A stretch of 42,368 nucleotides of DNA from a virus (IMGVR_UViG_3300045988_008159:1-42368), one strand, 5' to 3'. Counted from the first letter of the stretch, positions 8,864 to 16,518 are shown. Notes: generated by a model from the sequence alone, not told the origin. A program made the numbers and translations.

Positions 8864-10773
8864 GTGAATATTTGGCAAACGGTGCGGCGCTGACCCACAC
8901 GGCAGACCGGATTCGCGCAAAAACGGGAGAGACAGCCCAAATCGTATGGGATGCGGAAAAGGGATTCGGGAACGCGGTGGATGCGATCTCCGGAAGCGAA
9001 AAAATTCAGCACGCAGATATTCCGGATTACGTCAAGGCCGAGGCATTGGCCGTGGCGGAGAAGGTCAAGGCTGTGTTAAAGTCGGATAGCATTGTGTTTA
9101 TTGCGGCATCGGACGCGCACCAGCAGGACAGCAGCACGGATATCGTGGCCGGGAACCTGAACGCGGCGCAGGCGATGAAGGCACTGGCCTATATTCTGCC
9201 AGGAATCGATTTCTGCTGCTATCTCGGCGACTACACTTGGGGAGCCAGCACAACGACGATCACGGAGACAAAGCAACATATTGCGGAGATCAACGCGGAC
9301 ATTGACGAAGCGTTTCAGGGGATACCGCAGTTTCGGACGGTGGGCAATCACGACGCGGGAGCGTATGCCGTCACGCAGAACGGGACGACGATACCGGATT
9401 CGGAGCTTTTCCAGCTTATTGGGAAATATTGCGAGGGAGCCACTTATGGCTCGGCTGTCGCAGGATACTGCTACAGAGACTTTGAGAGCAAAAAGTTGCG
9501 CGTGATCTGCCTGAATACCTCGGAAAGCCTGACAGCGGACAAAGCGTCTACGGGCTATGTATCGAATGCGCAGGCAGCATGGTTCGCGAAAACGCTGAAG
9601 GCGGTCGGAGCAAAATCCGGGTGGCGGGTGCTGACGCTTTCGCACCATCCATTGGATTGGAGCGTCGTAAGCATATGTGCCAACATCATCAAGGCGTATG
9701 TCGAGGGAGGCAGTATCGTAGTTGGTGGAGAGAGTGTTAATTTCGCGAACTCCCACAGTGCGCAGTTTCTTTGTGCATTCCATGGCCATGTGCATTGCTT
9801 TAAGGCCGCGAAGCTGAACAGCATTTCCGGCAACACACCTACAGAATTTAACGCATGGCGCGTGGCGATCCCCAATATGTGTTTCAGCCGGAACAACGAA
9901 TACGGCCAAAACGGCAAGGGAGAGTATTACGGGATCGAATTCGGAGAAGAAACGACGTACAACAAGACGGCGGGAACGGCAGACGATACGGCATTCGTAG
10001 TAAACGTGCTCAATCCAGCCGCGCAGAAAATCTACAGCTACTGTTTCGGCGCGGGGTACGACCGTGAGGTATTCACCGGCGTTGCGTCGGTAGCAGTAAC
10101 GGGTGTGACGCTCAATGCGACCTCCGGAGAGCTGACAAAGGGCGGCACTGTGACGCTCACTGCCACGGTGGCACCGGCCAACGCAAGCAACAAGACGGTC
10201 ACTTGGACAAGTTCTGCACCGAAAGTGGCAAGCGTCGTGAATGGCGTCGTGACAGCGCTCTCCGCAGGAACAGCGGATATTACCGCGACTACAGAGGACG
10301 GTGGGTTCACTGCGACGTACCATTTGACGGTAAAAGCACAGACGGTGGACGTGCTGGCGACCTATGGCTACGCAGATAATACGCGCCTGTCAACCGGCTC
10401 CGGAACGGAGAAATCGGCAGCAGGATATGTGACCATTGGCCACACCAGCAAGATACAGATCAGCAACAAGCTTTATCCAAATGGGCTGACGATCCGGCTG
10501 AGCGGCGCAGATCAGGTAACGGGCGGCCCAACGTCAAACCCTTACAGTGACAGCGCAATGTGCTGGTATACAGCGGCTGGCGTGTTCTCAGCCGGCGTGT
10601 ACATTCACAATGCGGACAATTTCAGCCTCAATTCCAAGATGGCGGTGGATTCCGATGCAAAGGGATTTACGCTTTCGTGGGAGGCCGGGAAAGTGCCGGA
10701 AGTGCAGTATGGTATTGCATTTGCCGTAAAGGGTACAGGCGCGAACCTTACCGTTACACTGACTGCAAATTGA
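8860..10773 (+). CDS. Tail fibre/receptor-binding protein with a calcineurin-like metallophosphoesterase domain and a Big_2 Ig-like domain
   Basis: All five phosphoesterase motifs are present: SDAH, LGDYTW, GNHD, SHHP, GHVH. The Big_2-like segment reads VTGVTLNATSGELTKGGTVTLTATVAPANASNKTVTWTSS. The likely start is TTG 8860 after GGGAGGTG; the track start at 8818 overlaps the upstream gene. Confidence 0.8.
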   Translation: MSEYLANGAALTHTADRIRAKTGETAQIVWDAEKGFGNAVDAISGSEKIQHADIPDYVKAEALAVAEKVKAVLKSDSIVFIAASDAHQQDSSTDIVAGNLNAAQAMKALAYILPGIDFCCYLGDYTWGASTTTITETKQHIAEINADIDEAFQGIPQFRTVGNHDAGAYAVTQNGTTIPDSELFQLIGKYCEGATYGSAVAGYCYRDFESKKLRVICLNTSESLTADKASTGYVSNAQAAWFAKTLKAVGAKSGWRVLTLSHHPLDWSVVSICANIIKAYVEGGSIVVGGESVNFANSHSAQFLCAFHGHVHCFKAAKLNSISGNTPTEFNAWRVAIPNMCFSRNNEYGQNGKGEYYGIEFGEETTYNKTAGTADDTAFVVNVLNPAAQKIYSYCFGAGYDREVFTGVASVAVTGVTLNATSGELTKGGTVTLTATVAPANASNKTVTWTSSAPKVASVVNGVVTALSAGTADITATTEDGGFTATYHLTVKAQTVDVLATYGYADNTRLSTGSGTEKSAAGYVTIGHTSKIQISNKLYPNGLTIRLSGADQVTGGPTSNPYSDSAMCWYTAAGVFSAGVYIHNADNFSLNSKMAVDSDAKGFTLSWEAGKVPEVQYGIAFAVKGTGANLTVTLTAN

Positions 10774-10780
10774 GGGAAAA

Positions 10781-11173
10781 ATGATGGATACATGCGTATG
10801 CTGCGGGCGGGCCGTGCCGGAGGGCAGGATGGTTTGCCCGGAGTGCGAAATAGAAAGCTTTGAAAGGAGTATCAAGATGGATGATGGAATTCAGGCGCAG
10901 ATCGCCTCCGTGGAGGCGCGATGCAAGAGCAACTCGCACAGGATCGACGAGCTGGAGGCAGACAACAGGGCGCTGCATCAGCTGGCGACCTCGGTGGAGG
11001 TGCTGGCGACCAAGCAGGAGGCGATCGAGGAAAACGTGAATGAGATCAAGGCCGATGTGAAAAGCATCAAGGCGCTGCCGGGAAGCCGCTGGGAGGCGGT
11101 CGTGAAGGGAGTTATCACGGCAATTCTTGCAGGCCTGATCGGATTTGCGCTGGCAAAGCTGGGGCTGGGCTGA
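10781..11173 (+). CDS. XhlA-like lysis-associated membrane protein with an N-terminal CxxC..CxxC zinc ribbon
   Basis: A coiled-coil region is followed by a C-terminal TM segment (VITAILAGLIGFALAKLGLG), as in PBSX XhlA. The gene sits directly upstream of the holins. An in-frame ATG at 10877 has a better RBS (AAAGGAG). Confidence 0.6.
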   Translation: MMDTCVCCGRAVPEGRMVCPECEIESFERSIKMDDGIQAQIASVEARCKSNSHRIDELEADNRALHQLATSVEVLATKQEAIEENVNEIKADVKSIKALPGSRWEAVVKGVITAILAGLIGFALAKLGLG

Positions 11174-11433
11174 TGCGCAGGGACAAGAAACGATGGACAA
11201 AGGGCCGTATGGCTCGCGAGCTTGTGTACTACTGCCTGTGGATGCTCACGGCAGTGGCCACATGGGCGATGATCCTGAAAACCGCCGCCGTCCTGCTGGA
11301 CAGGACGTGCGATCTCAGCGACGTGCTGGTGTTCGCGGGCGCGGCCTTCGGCGGGGAGCTGCTTTTGCTCCTGCTCAAGAGAGTATTTGCAAAACCAAAT
11401 GATAAAGACGATGGAGGTACATACGATGGATAA
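11173..11433 (+). CDS. Holin-like small membrane protein (two TM segments)
   Basis: TGATG overlap with the upstream gene. It encodes 86 aa with two hydrophobic helices and a charged C-terminus, and lies in the lysis cassette. Confidence 0.55.
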   Translation: MRRDKKRWTKGRMARELVYYCLWMLTAVATWAMILKTAAVLLDRTCDLSDVLVFAGAAFGGELLLLLLKRVFAKPNDKDDGGTYDG

Positions 11434-11641
11434 GATCATCAAGCGGCTCGGGAATCTCCTGAGCGTGAAGAGCCTTGTGACGCTGACGCTGACGGCGGTA
11501 TTTGCGTACATGGCCGTGGTAGGCAAGATCAGCCAGGACTTTATGACGGTGTATGCCGTCGTGATCGCATTCTACTTCGGCACGCAGAGCCAGAAGGTGC
11601 AGGACGCAGTGGATGGAGGCGCAAACAATGCCGGTAATTAA
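11426..11641 (+). CDS. Holin
   Basis: GGAGG lies 8 nt before ATG 11426. The 71-aa product has TM helices (LVTLTLTAVFAYMAVVG, VYAVVIAFYFG). The gene is immediately upstream of the endolysin and overlaps it. Confidence 0.65.
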   Translation: MDKIIKRLGNLLSVKSLVTLTLTAVFAYMAVVGKISQDFMTVYAVVIAFYFGTQSQKVQDAVDGGANNAGN

Positions 11642-12323
11642 GGATGCGCTCACGCCGATCAACCATCGAGCGGGCGGCTGCACGCCGAAATGGATCGTCG
11701 TCCACTACTTCGGTGCGCTCGGCTCTGCGGCCAGCGTGGCCGAGTGGTTCAAAAATCCGCAGGCCAGAGCCAGCGCGCACTACGCCGTGGACGAGGGCGA
11801 TATCATTTACCGGTGCGTAAAGGATACGGATGTGGCGTGGCACTGCGGAGACGGTACGCTGCATCCGGAGTGCCGGAACTGGAACTCAATCGGCGTGGAG
11901 CTGAGGCCGAAGAAGGTCAACCGGAAGCGCATGGGAGCCTACGACACCGACTGGTTCTTCGAGAAAAAGGTGCTGGACAATGCTGAGTGGCTCATCCGCA
12001 AGCTCATGCAGGAGCACAACATTCCGGCGGATCACATCATCCGGCACTATGATGTGTCCGGGAAGTTCTGCCCGCGCCCGTTCGTCGGCACGGACATGAA
12101 CACCTACTATCACACCACTGGCAACGAGCAGTGGAAAAAATTCTTGGAAAGGTTTGAGGACGAAGTGGTAGAAAAAAGCAAAATGATCGTGGACGGCAAG
12201 GAGGTCGCCGTCGAACGCATCCTGAAAAACGGCACGAACTATGTCAAGGTGCGCGATATCGCCGCCGCGCTGGGTCTGAGGGTATCCAATAAGGGCAATA
12301 TCGCCGTGCTGGATAGCAAGTAA
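11628..12323 (+). CDS. Endolysin: N-acetylmuramoyl-L-alanine amidase (Amidase_2/PGRP type) with a C-terminal Cu-amine-oxidase-N1-like wall-binding domain
   Basis: Sequence blocks: IVVHY...ASAHYAVDEGDIIYRCV...VAWHCG, HIIRHYDVSGKFCP, and the C-terminal VDGKEVAVERILKNGTNYVKVRDIAAALGL. GGAGG precedes ATG 11628. Confidence 0.85.
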   Translation: MPVIKDALTPINHRAGGCTPKWIVVHYFGALGSAASVAEWFKNPQARASAHYAVDEGDIIYRCVKDTDVAWHCGDGTLHPECRNWNSIGVELRPKKVNRKRMGAYDTDWFFEKKVLDNAEWLIRKLMQEHNIPADHIIRHYDVSGKFCPRPFVGTDMNTYYHTTGNEQWKKFLERFEDEVVEKSKMIVDGKEVAVERILKNGTNYVKVRDIAAALGLRVSNKGNIAVLDSK

Positions 12324-12332
12324 GGAGGGCAT

Positions 12333-12557
12333 ATGCTGCGGGGGCTGCCGAGTCTGAGCCGCAGCGATTGGGAGCATTTGATCGACGAATGGATTCTTTC
12401 GGAGCGATACCGGGGAATCCTGAAACGGAAGATTCTTGACGATTGGAGCCATGAGCGCATTGCCGAGCGCGAGGGCCTGAGCGTAAACGGCGTCAAGAAG
12501 ATCATAGCGCGGTGCGTGAATGTACTGCGGGAACATGCAACAGAGCCGCCCGGATAG
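12333..12557 (+). CDS. Small sigma-70 region-4-like HTH protein (possible transcription regulator)
   Basis: AAGGAGG RBS. The segment WSHERIAEREGLSVNGVKKIIARCVNVL resembles a sigma r4/LuxR-type HTH. Confidence 0.5.
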   Translation: MLRGLPSLSRSDWEHLIDEWILSERYRGILKRKILDDWSHERIAEREGLSVNGVKKIIARCVNVLREHATEPPG

Positions 12558-12600
12558 GGCGGCTCTTGTGGCAGAATTGCAAATTTAATATTCTGTTGCA

Positions 12601-12629
12601 TTTACAATGAGCTTAATTTGTTCTATAAT
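12601..12629 (+). promoter_or_regulatory. Sigma-70-type promoter of the three-gene moron
   Basis: TTTACA (12601-12606), 17 nt, TATAAT (12624-12629). It lies in an AT-rich gap after the hairpin at 12542-12566. Confidence 0.55.
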
Positions 12630-12662
12630 GGCATCAAAAACAGAGAAGGAGATTATACTACA

Positions 12663-12881
12663 ATGTGCAAGCCTATTTACGCAAATTCGCTGACTGTTAC
12701 TGCGAACGAGGCGAAGAACGAATTTGTTTTTACCTTTAAGCATAAATATCCGGTAGTTGGAGCGAATGGCGTTGTGGACAGCGACCAGGAAGAAACGGTA
12801 GCTGCGGTGATTGTGAATGAGCAGTTAGCAGAGGCACTCCCTGCAATGATGTCCAAAATCCTGAGTGAGCAGGTGGATTGA
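12663..12881 (+). CDS. DUF3467-like small protein (72 aa), first gene of the moron
   Basis: AAGGAG precedes ATG 12663. The track start at 12618 lies upstream of the predicted promoter -10 element. IYANSLTVTANEAKNEFVFTF resembles the DUF3467 core; this rests on recollection only. Confidence 0.6.
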   Translation: MCKPIYANSLTVTANEAKNEFVFTFKHKYPVVGANGVVDSDQEETVAAVIVNEQLAEALPAMMSKILSEQVD

Positions 12882-13240
12882 TGCCTAATTTTTTCGAAGT
12901 TGTTGACAGAAGCGGGATAAAAGTATTCTGCACAAAAGAGCAGTGGGATTCTCATGTGGCGCTTAACCACAGCATCATGGTTTCAAACGTAGACGCAATC
13001 GTGGAGACGATTCGGGAGCCGGAACTAATTTTGCCAAGTCATGACACGAACCCTCCGCTAGATGAACGTCGGATATATACAAAAGAATCGAAAAGTGCTA
13101 CATACTACCCGAAACTCAAATATACGCACGTTGTTGTGTCTGTCTGCGGCGGATCGGGCGAGGTCGTAACCGCATATCCTAATAACAACAAGAAAAGTGG
13201 CTGTGGAGAAGGTGAGGCGATATATGTTGCAGAAGAATAG
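12881..13240 (+). CDS. Putative BECR/RelE-fold-like toxin candidate (119 aa)
   Basis: TGATG overlap with the upstream gene. The pattern W.SHVALNHSIM....IVETIREPELIL...YTHVVVS...GEVVTAYP resembles small phage/TA nuclease-like families (DUF4258/PBECR type). Confidence 0.55.
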   Translation: MPNFFEVVDRSGIKVFCTKEQWDSHVALNHSIMVSNVDAIVETIREPELILPSHDTNPPLDERRIYTKESKSATYYPKLKYTHVVVSVCGGSGEVVTAYPNNNKKSGCGEGEAIYVAEE

Positions 13241-13481
13241 CATCGTATTTGACTACGACAAGAAATTCGACGTCCTGTACATTGCCCTCGGTGACCGCAG
13301 TAATTCTTATGGTGATGATTCCGACGGGAATGTAATCTATCTGAAAGACATTGACACAGATGAATTGACCGGAATAACGATCATGAATTTCAAGAAAAAG
13401 TATATCGAAAACAGGCTCCCTGTATTCTCAAAGAGCATCCGAAAGGTGCTGAGTGAAGCTGAGAAGGTAGTTATGCAGTAA
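13224..13481 (+). CDS. DUF2283-like protein (85 aa), candidate antitoxin partner
   Basis: 17-nt overlap with the upstream gene. FDYDKKFDVLYIALGD and ELTGITIMNFKK match the DUF2283 pattern (YD.e.D.LYI ... G.lvGIeI). Confidence 0.62.
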   Translation: MLQKNSIVFDYDKKFDVLYIALGDRSNSYGDDSDGNVIYLKDIDTDELTGITIMNFKKKYIENRLPVFSKSIRKVLSEAEKVVMQ

Positions 13482-13510
13482 TTGACAGTTGACCACTGAG
13501 CGTATATAAT
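13482..13510 (+). promoter_or_regulatory. Consensus sigma-70 promoter
   Basis: TTGACA (13482-13487), exactly 17 nt, TATAAT (13505-13510). It begins one base after the DUF2283-like stop codon. Confidence 0.65.
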
Positions 13511-13549
13511 ATGCGTGTAGCACAAAAGGATATTCGGTATTCTTTCCAA

Positions 13550-13578
13550 GGGCTGGTGCCTGCACCGGCCCCGTTTTT
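13550..13578 (+). terminator. Intrinsic terminator T1
   Basis: A 9-bp stem (gggctggtg/caccggccc) with a 4-nt loop, followed by cg and TTTTT. Confidence 0.6.
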
Positions 13579-13590
13579 CTATATACAAGG

Positions 13591-13619
13591 CAGCCACTCC
13601 GTAAGGGGTGGCTGTTTTT
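13591..13619 (+). terminator. Intrinsic terminator T2
   Basis: A 10-bp stem (cagccactcc/ggggtggctg) with a GTAA loop, followed by TTTTT. Confidence 0.7.
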
Positions 13620-13738
13620 ATATCTTTTGTGCCCGAAAAGTGGCCGAAGAGTTGGTTTTTTGTTCTTCGTGGATGCCTCATAATGAGCATAGGAGCTGGC
13701 CAGCTTACTATTTTATCGGAGGTACTACTATGGAATAC

Positions 13739-14311
13739 GCAAGCAATGGCAAGGCCAATGCGGCCCTGACAACTGGTATCATCGGCACGGCGGGCGTCGG
13801 CCTCGGACTGCTCGGCAATCTGCTCGGCGGAGGCTGGTGCGGTATCGGCGCAAATCCGGCTGCTGCGGCTGTAGCGGCGGGCATGTGCAGCGAGAATATG
13901 CCGGTCACGCGCTATGAGCTGGAAAGAGAAAACAAGCTCGCGCAGAAGGACAGCGAGATCGCGATGCTCAAGGCGAACACCTACGGCGATCAGAAGATGC
14001 TGGAGATGTACGCTTACATCGACGGCCAGCTCAAGGACGTGCGGAAGTCCCTGTGCGATCAGGCAGTCCACAACCAGCGCACCGAGGACAGCTTCGTGCT
14101 GGCCCGCCAGGACATCGCGTCCGTCAAGGACGAGCTGCACCGCGAGATCGAGATGGAGGCCGAACGGCGCTGCTGCGGCGACAACAGCATTGTCACCTAC
14201 GCCAACGCGACGTTTTATCCCAAGCAGGTGGCAGACGTCACCACGGGCACCGCAACCACGGCGCAGACGCTCTACAACCCGCTTCCGAAGTGCGGGTGCT
14301 GCAACAGCTAA
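13739..14311 (+). CDS. Membrane-anchored coiled-coil protein with a Cys-rich C-terminus (190 aa), unknown function
   Basis: GGAGG lies 8 nt before ATG 13739. The N-terminus is Gly-rich and hydrophobic (GIIGTAGVGLGLLGNLLGGGW). The C-terminus reads KCGCCNS. The 13511 start in the track would read through the terminators. Confidence 0.65.
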   Translation, partial: ASNGKANAALTTGIIGTAGVGLGLLGNLLGGGWCGIGANPAAAAVAAGMCSENMPVTRYELERENKLAQKDSEIAMLKANTYGDQKMLEMYAYIDGQLKDVRKSLCDQAVHNQRTEDSFVLARQDIASVKDELHREIEMEAERRCCGDNSIVTYANATFYPKQVADVTTGTATTAQTLYNPLPKCGCCNS

Positions 14312-14360
14312 GAAAAAGGGGCGGCAATCGCCGCCCCATCCTTAAAGGAGGAAATCTGCA

Positions 14361-14702
14361 ATGACAGTGACGATAGATCAGGCCATGCGCGGCGCGATGC
14401 GCTACGCAGACAATGAGGTCATCCCGCACCTGCCGGGCGGCAAGGGCATCGGGGCCGGGATCGCGCTTGCGCTTATCATGGATGGCAGCAAGGCGCAGTT
14501 GCTCAAGCTGCGTGAAAATCCGGCGGTGCAGATGATGGGCGTGATGGACGAGGCCGGGAACATCGACCTTGACCGGCTCTATAATGCGGCAAGGCCGCGC
14601 TTTGACGGACAGAAGCTGCCGGTCACGGTGCCGATCATTGGCGAGCTGCGATTCGATGTGAGCGATCTCGACAAGCTTTACAGATACATTCAGGAGGCGT
14701 GA
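14361..14702 (+). CDS. Hypothetical protein (113 aa)
   Basis: AAAGGAGG RBS. The stop overlaps the start region of the next gene. Confidence 0.65.
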   Translation: MTVTIDQAMRGAMRYADNEVIPHLPGGKGIGAGIALALIMDGSKAQLLKLRENPAVQMMGVMDEAGNIDLDRLYNAARPRFDGQKLPVTVPIIGELRFDVSDLDKLYRYIQEA

Positions 14703-14704
14703 GC

Positions 14705-15193
14705 ATGAAAGATTACATCAACGGACTGTACGCGCGGCTGGAGGAGCTTTCCGAAAAGCCGCTGACGCTGGGACACATCGAAGAGGCTGATGCAGTGGCG
14801 GGCCTCCTGTGCCGCCTGCATAAGCTCGACGGAATGGATGGAGACCATTTTCGTGAGTCCACGAAAATGACGGAATTCTCCAGAGAAGATGCCATGCGCT
14901 GGGCGGAGCACATGCAGAACGCCGACGGCACGGTCGGGCCGCACTGGACGATGGATCAGACTTCCGCCGTCGCGGATGCGAGCGGCATCCCGCACGGCAT
15001 CCCCCGCTGGGCGTGGGGTGTGACCATGAACATGATGTACTCGGACTACTACGATGTGGCGCGGAAGTTCGGAGTCAACGTGCCGGAGTTCTACGCGGAA
15101 CTGGCACGGGCGTTCTTGATGGACAAGGACGGCCCCGGCCCGGAGGAAAAGCTTTGTGCGTATTACAGGTGCATTGTGAAGCAAAACCGTTAG
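14705..15193 (+). CDS. Conserved prophage/ICE-associated protein of unknown function (162 aa)
   Basis: GGAGG lies 7 nt before ATG 14705. The motif HMQNADGTVGPHWTMDQT...MNMMYSDYYDVA recurs, by recollection, in Firmicute mobile elements. Confidence 0.7.
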   Translation: MKDYINGLYARLEELSEKPLTLGHIEEADAVAGLLCRLHKLDGMDGDHFRESTKMTEFSREDAMRWAEHMQNADGTVGPHWTMDQTSAVADASGIPHGIPRWAWGVTMNMMYSDYYDVARKFGVNVPEFYAELARAFLMDKDGPGPEEKLCAYYRCIVKQNR

Positions 15194-15212
15194 CATTTTT
15201 CGTTAGCATTTT
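15188..15212 (+). repeat. Tandem CGTTAGCATTTT repeats, candidate integrase arm-type sites (P arm)
   Basis: CGTTAGCATTTT occurs at 15188-15199 and 15201-15212. Related copies lie at 15417-15440, on the other side of the attP core. Confidence 0.45.
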
Positions 15213-15305
15213 GTGTTGAAAATTGCATCCTGAATGCGTCAGACAATGCGAGAATGTGTCAGATATTACAACGCACAAAAACCCGGAAAGCATTGGTATG
15301 TAAAG

Positions 15306-15346
15306 AAAAACCCGCAATCTCAATGGATTGCGGGTTTTCTCTTTTT
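15306..15346. terminator. Bidirectional intrinsic terminator
   Basis: An 11-bp stem (aacccgcaatc/gattgcgggtt) is flanked by an A-run upstream and ttttctcttttt downstream. Confidence 0.7.
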
Positions 15347-15371
15347 GGTGACCCGTACGGGAATCGAACCC
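15346..15371 (-). other. attP core: 3' end of a tRNA (T-loop, acceptor 3' strand, CCA); not a complete tRNA
   Basis: The reverse complement reads gggTTCGATTcccgtacgggtcaCCA. tRNA-like pairing breaks down 5' of the T-stem. The site is next to the integrase 3' end. Confidence 0.6.
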
Positions 15372-15416
15372 AAGAAATGAAGCGAAAAAGCGTTGGGGTA
15401 CAATTACTTTTTGAAA

Positions 15417-15440
15417 ATTAAGCATTTTGGTTAGCATTTT
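15417..15440 (+). repeat. ATTAAGCATTTT / GGTTAGCATTTT repeats, candidate arm-type sites (P' arm)
   Basis: They share the TAGCATTTT core, in the same orientation, with 15188-15212. They overlap the last codons of int. Confidence 0.45.
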
Positions 15441-16458
15441 CTGCGAAAAAGGCGGCGATTTTATTCTGACTCTTGAGTCGGTCGGCCTGCGCGAGGTGCG
15501 TATAAATCTTGAGCATGGTATCGCTGTCGGCCCAGCCGCCAAGCTCCATTGTTTCCTGCGCAGACAAGCCAAGATGATATGCCAGCGACGCGAAGCTGTG
15601 GCGCAGGCCGTGGACGCCGACCGCCGGGAGACCGTTGTTTTTGCAGATGGTATTGATGCGCCAATACAACGTTGTGGGATTGGCGTCGTAGATCAAGCCG
15701 GTGCGCTGTTCAGGAGGCACGGCTTCGATGGCTGCCGCAAGGGCTGGAATCATGATCGGGATAACGCGGCGGGAGCTGGCATTCTTATTTTCGGCCTTTT
15801 GCACCATTGCGCCGTCACGGTCGAGGACTGCGGCACCGTGGACGGTGATGGTGCCGCGTTTAAGGTCGATTTTGTCGTAGGTCATGGCGAGAATCTCGGA
15901 GCGCCGGAGGCCGTGCAGAGCCAAAAGCATAGGAATTTCAAAACGGTCGCCGTGAATGAGTCGGACGAATTCCGGAAGTTGCTCCGGCTCGAGCCAAAGC
16001 TTCTCCGCCTTGTGAGGCTGCGGCAGGCGGATGCGTGGGACGGGGATCTCTGCACTGCGCAGGGCAGACGAAAGCAGGCCCCACGCATTTTTTACGGTTT
16101 TCGGAGAGACAGACTTTGCTTCGGCATCGATCACGGCCTGCCAGTCGCGCACGCTCGACGGGGTCTTATCCATGACCGATGCGAATCGCGTCGAAGCAAC
16201 GCTTAAGTAGCCTCGCACTGTCGATGGAGACGTACCGGCGGGCAGTGCGTCAATATAATCCTGTATAATGTCGCGGACGGTCTTGTCCGTCTTATATTTG
16301 ACTTCGCGGGCGTCGGCGCGGTGCTGGGCCTTGATGAGCTGCGCCTGCTTGATGCAGTCGGAGCGCGTGAGGGCGGAGACGGGGATGCTCTCGCCGCCAA
16401 GGCGGAGCTGGATGAACCATGTGCCGGATTTCAGCTTTCGAGGCTCGGGGACTTTCAT
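15418..16458 (-). CDS. int: Tyrosine recombinase (phage integrase)
   Basis: The 346-aa product contains LALHGLRRSEI, HGLRHSFASLAY and LGGWADSDTMLKIYTHL (R..H.R..Y catalytic pattern). GGAGG RBS. The gene is adjacent to the tRNA-like attP. Confidence 0.92.
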   Translation of the reverse strand: MKVPEPRKLKSGTWFIQLRLGGESIPVSALTRSDCIKQAQLIKAQHRADAREVKYKTDKTVRDIIQDYIDALPAGTSPSTVRGYLSVASTRFASVMDKTPSSVRDWQAVIDAEAKSVSPKTVKNAWGLLSSALRSAEIPVPRIRLPQPHKAEKLWLEPEQLPEFVRLIHGDRFEIPMLLALHGLRRSEILAMTYDKIDLKRGTITVHGAAVLDRDGAMVQKAENKNASSRRVIPIMIPALAAAIEAVPPEQRTGLIYDANPTTLYWRINTICKNNGLPAVGVHGLRHSFASLAYHLGLSAQETMELGGWADSDTMLKIYTHLAQADRLKSQNKIAAFFAENANQNA

Positions 16459-16518
16459 AGGGATACCTCCAAGGGATACAGAATACCGCTCCGGCAGTGC
16501 GCCGGGGCGGCTATTTTT

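Noticed and set aside
13511-13738. A known riboswitch class (e.g. c-di-GMP) in the leader, or the 266-aa ORF starting at 13511
   Set aside because: I could not find the conserved cores of riboswitch classes I know by eye. The 13511 start would translate through two terminators and has no RBS. ATG 13739 has GGAGG.
14318-14337. GC hairpin (ggggcggc aatc gccgcccc) after 13739-14311, considered as a terminator
   Set aside because: No U-tract follows and the next gene's RBS is 10 nt away. It may modulate mRNA stability, but it cannot be called a terminator.
15346-15420. A complete tRNA gene on the - strand
   Set aside because: Only the T-loop, acceptor 3' strand and CCA are tRNA-like. Upstream sequence does not form a T-stem, anticodon arm or D-arm. 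It is interpreted as the attP core.
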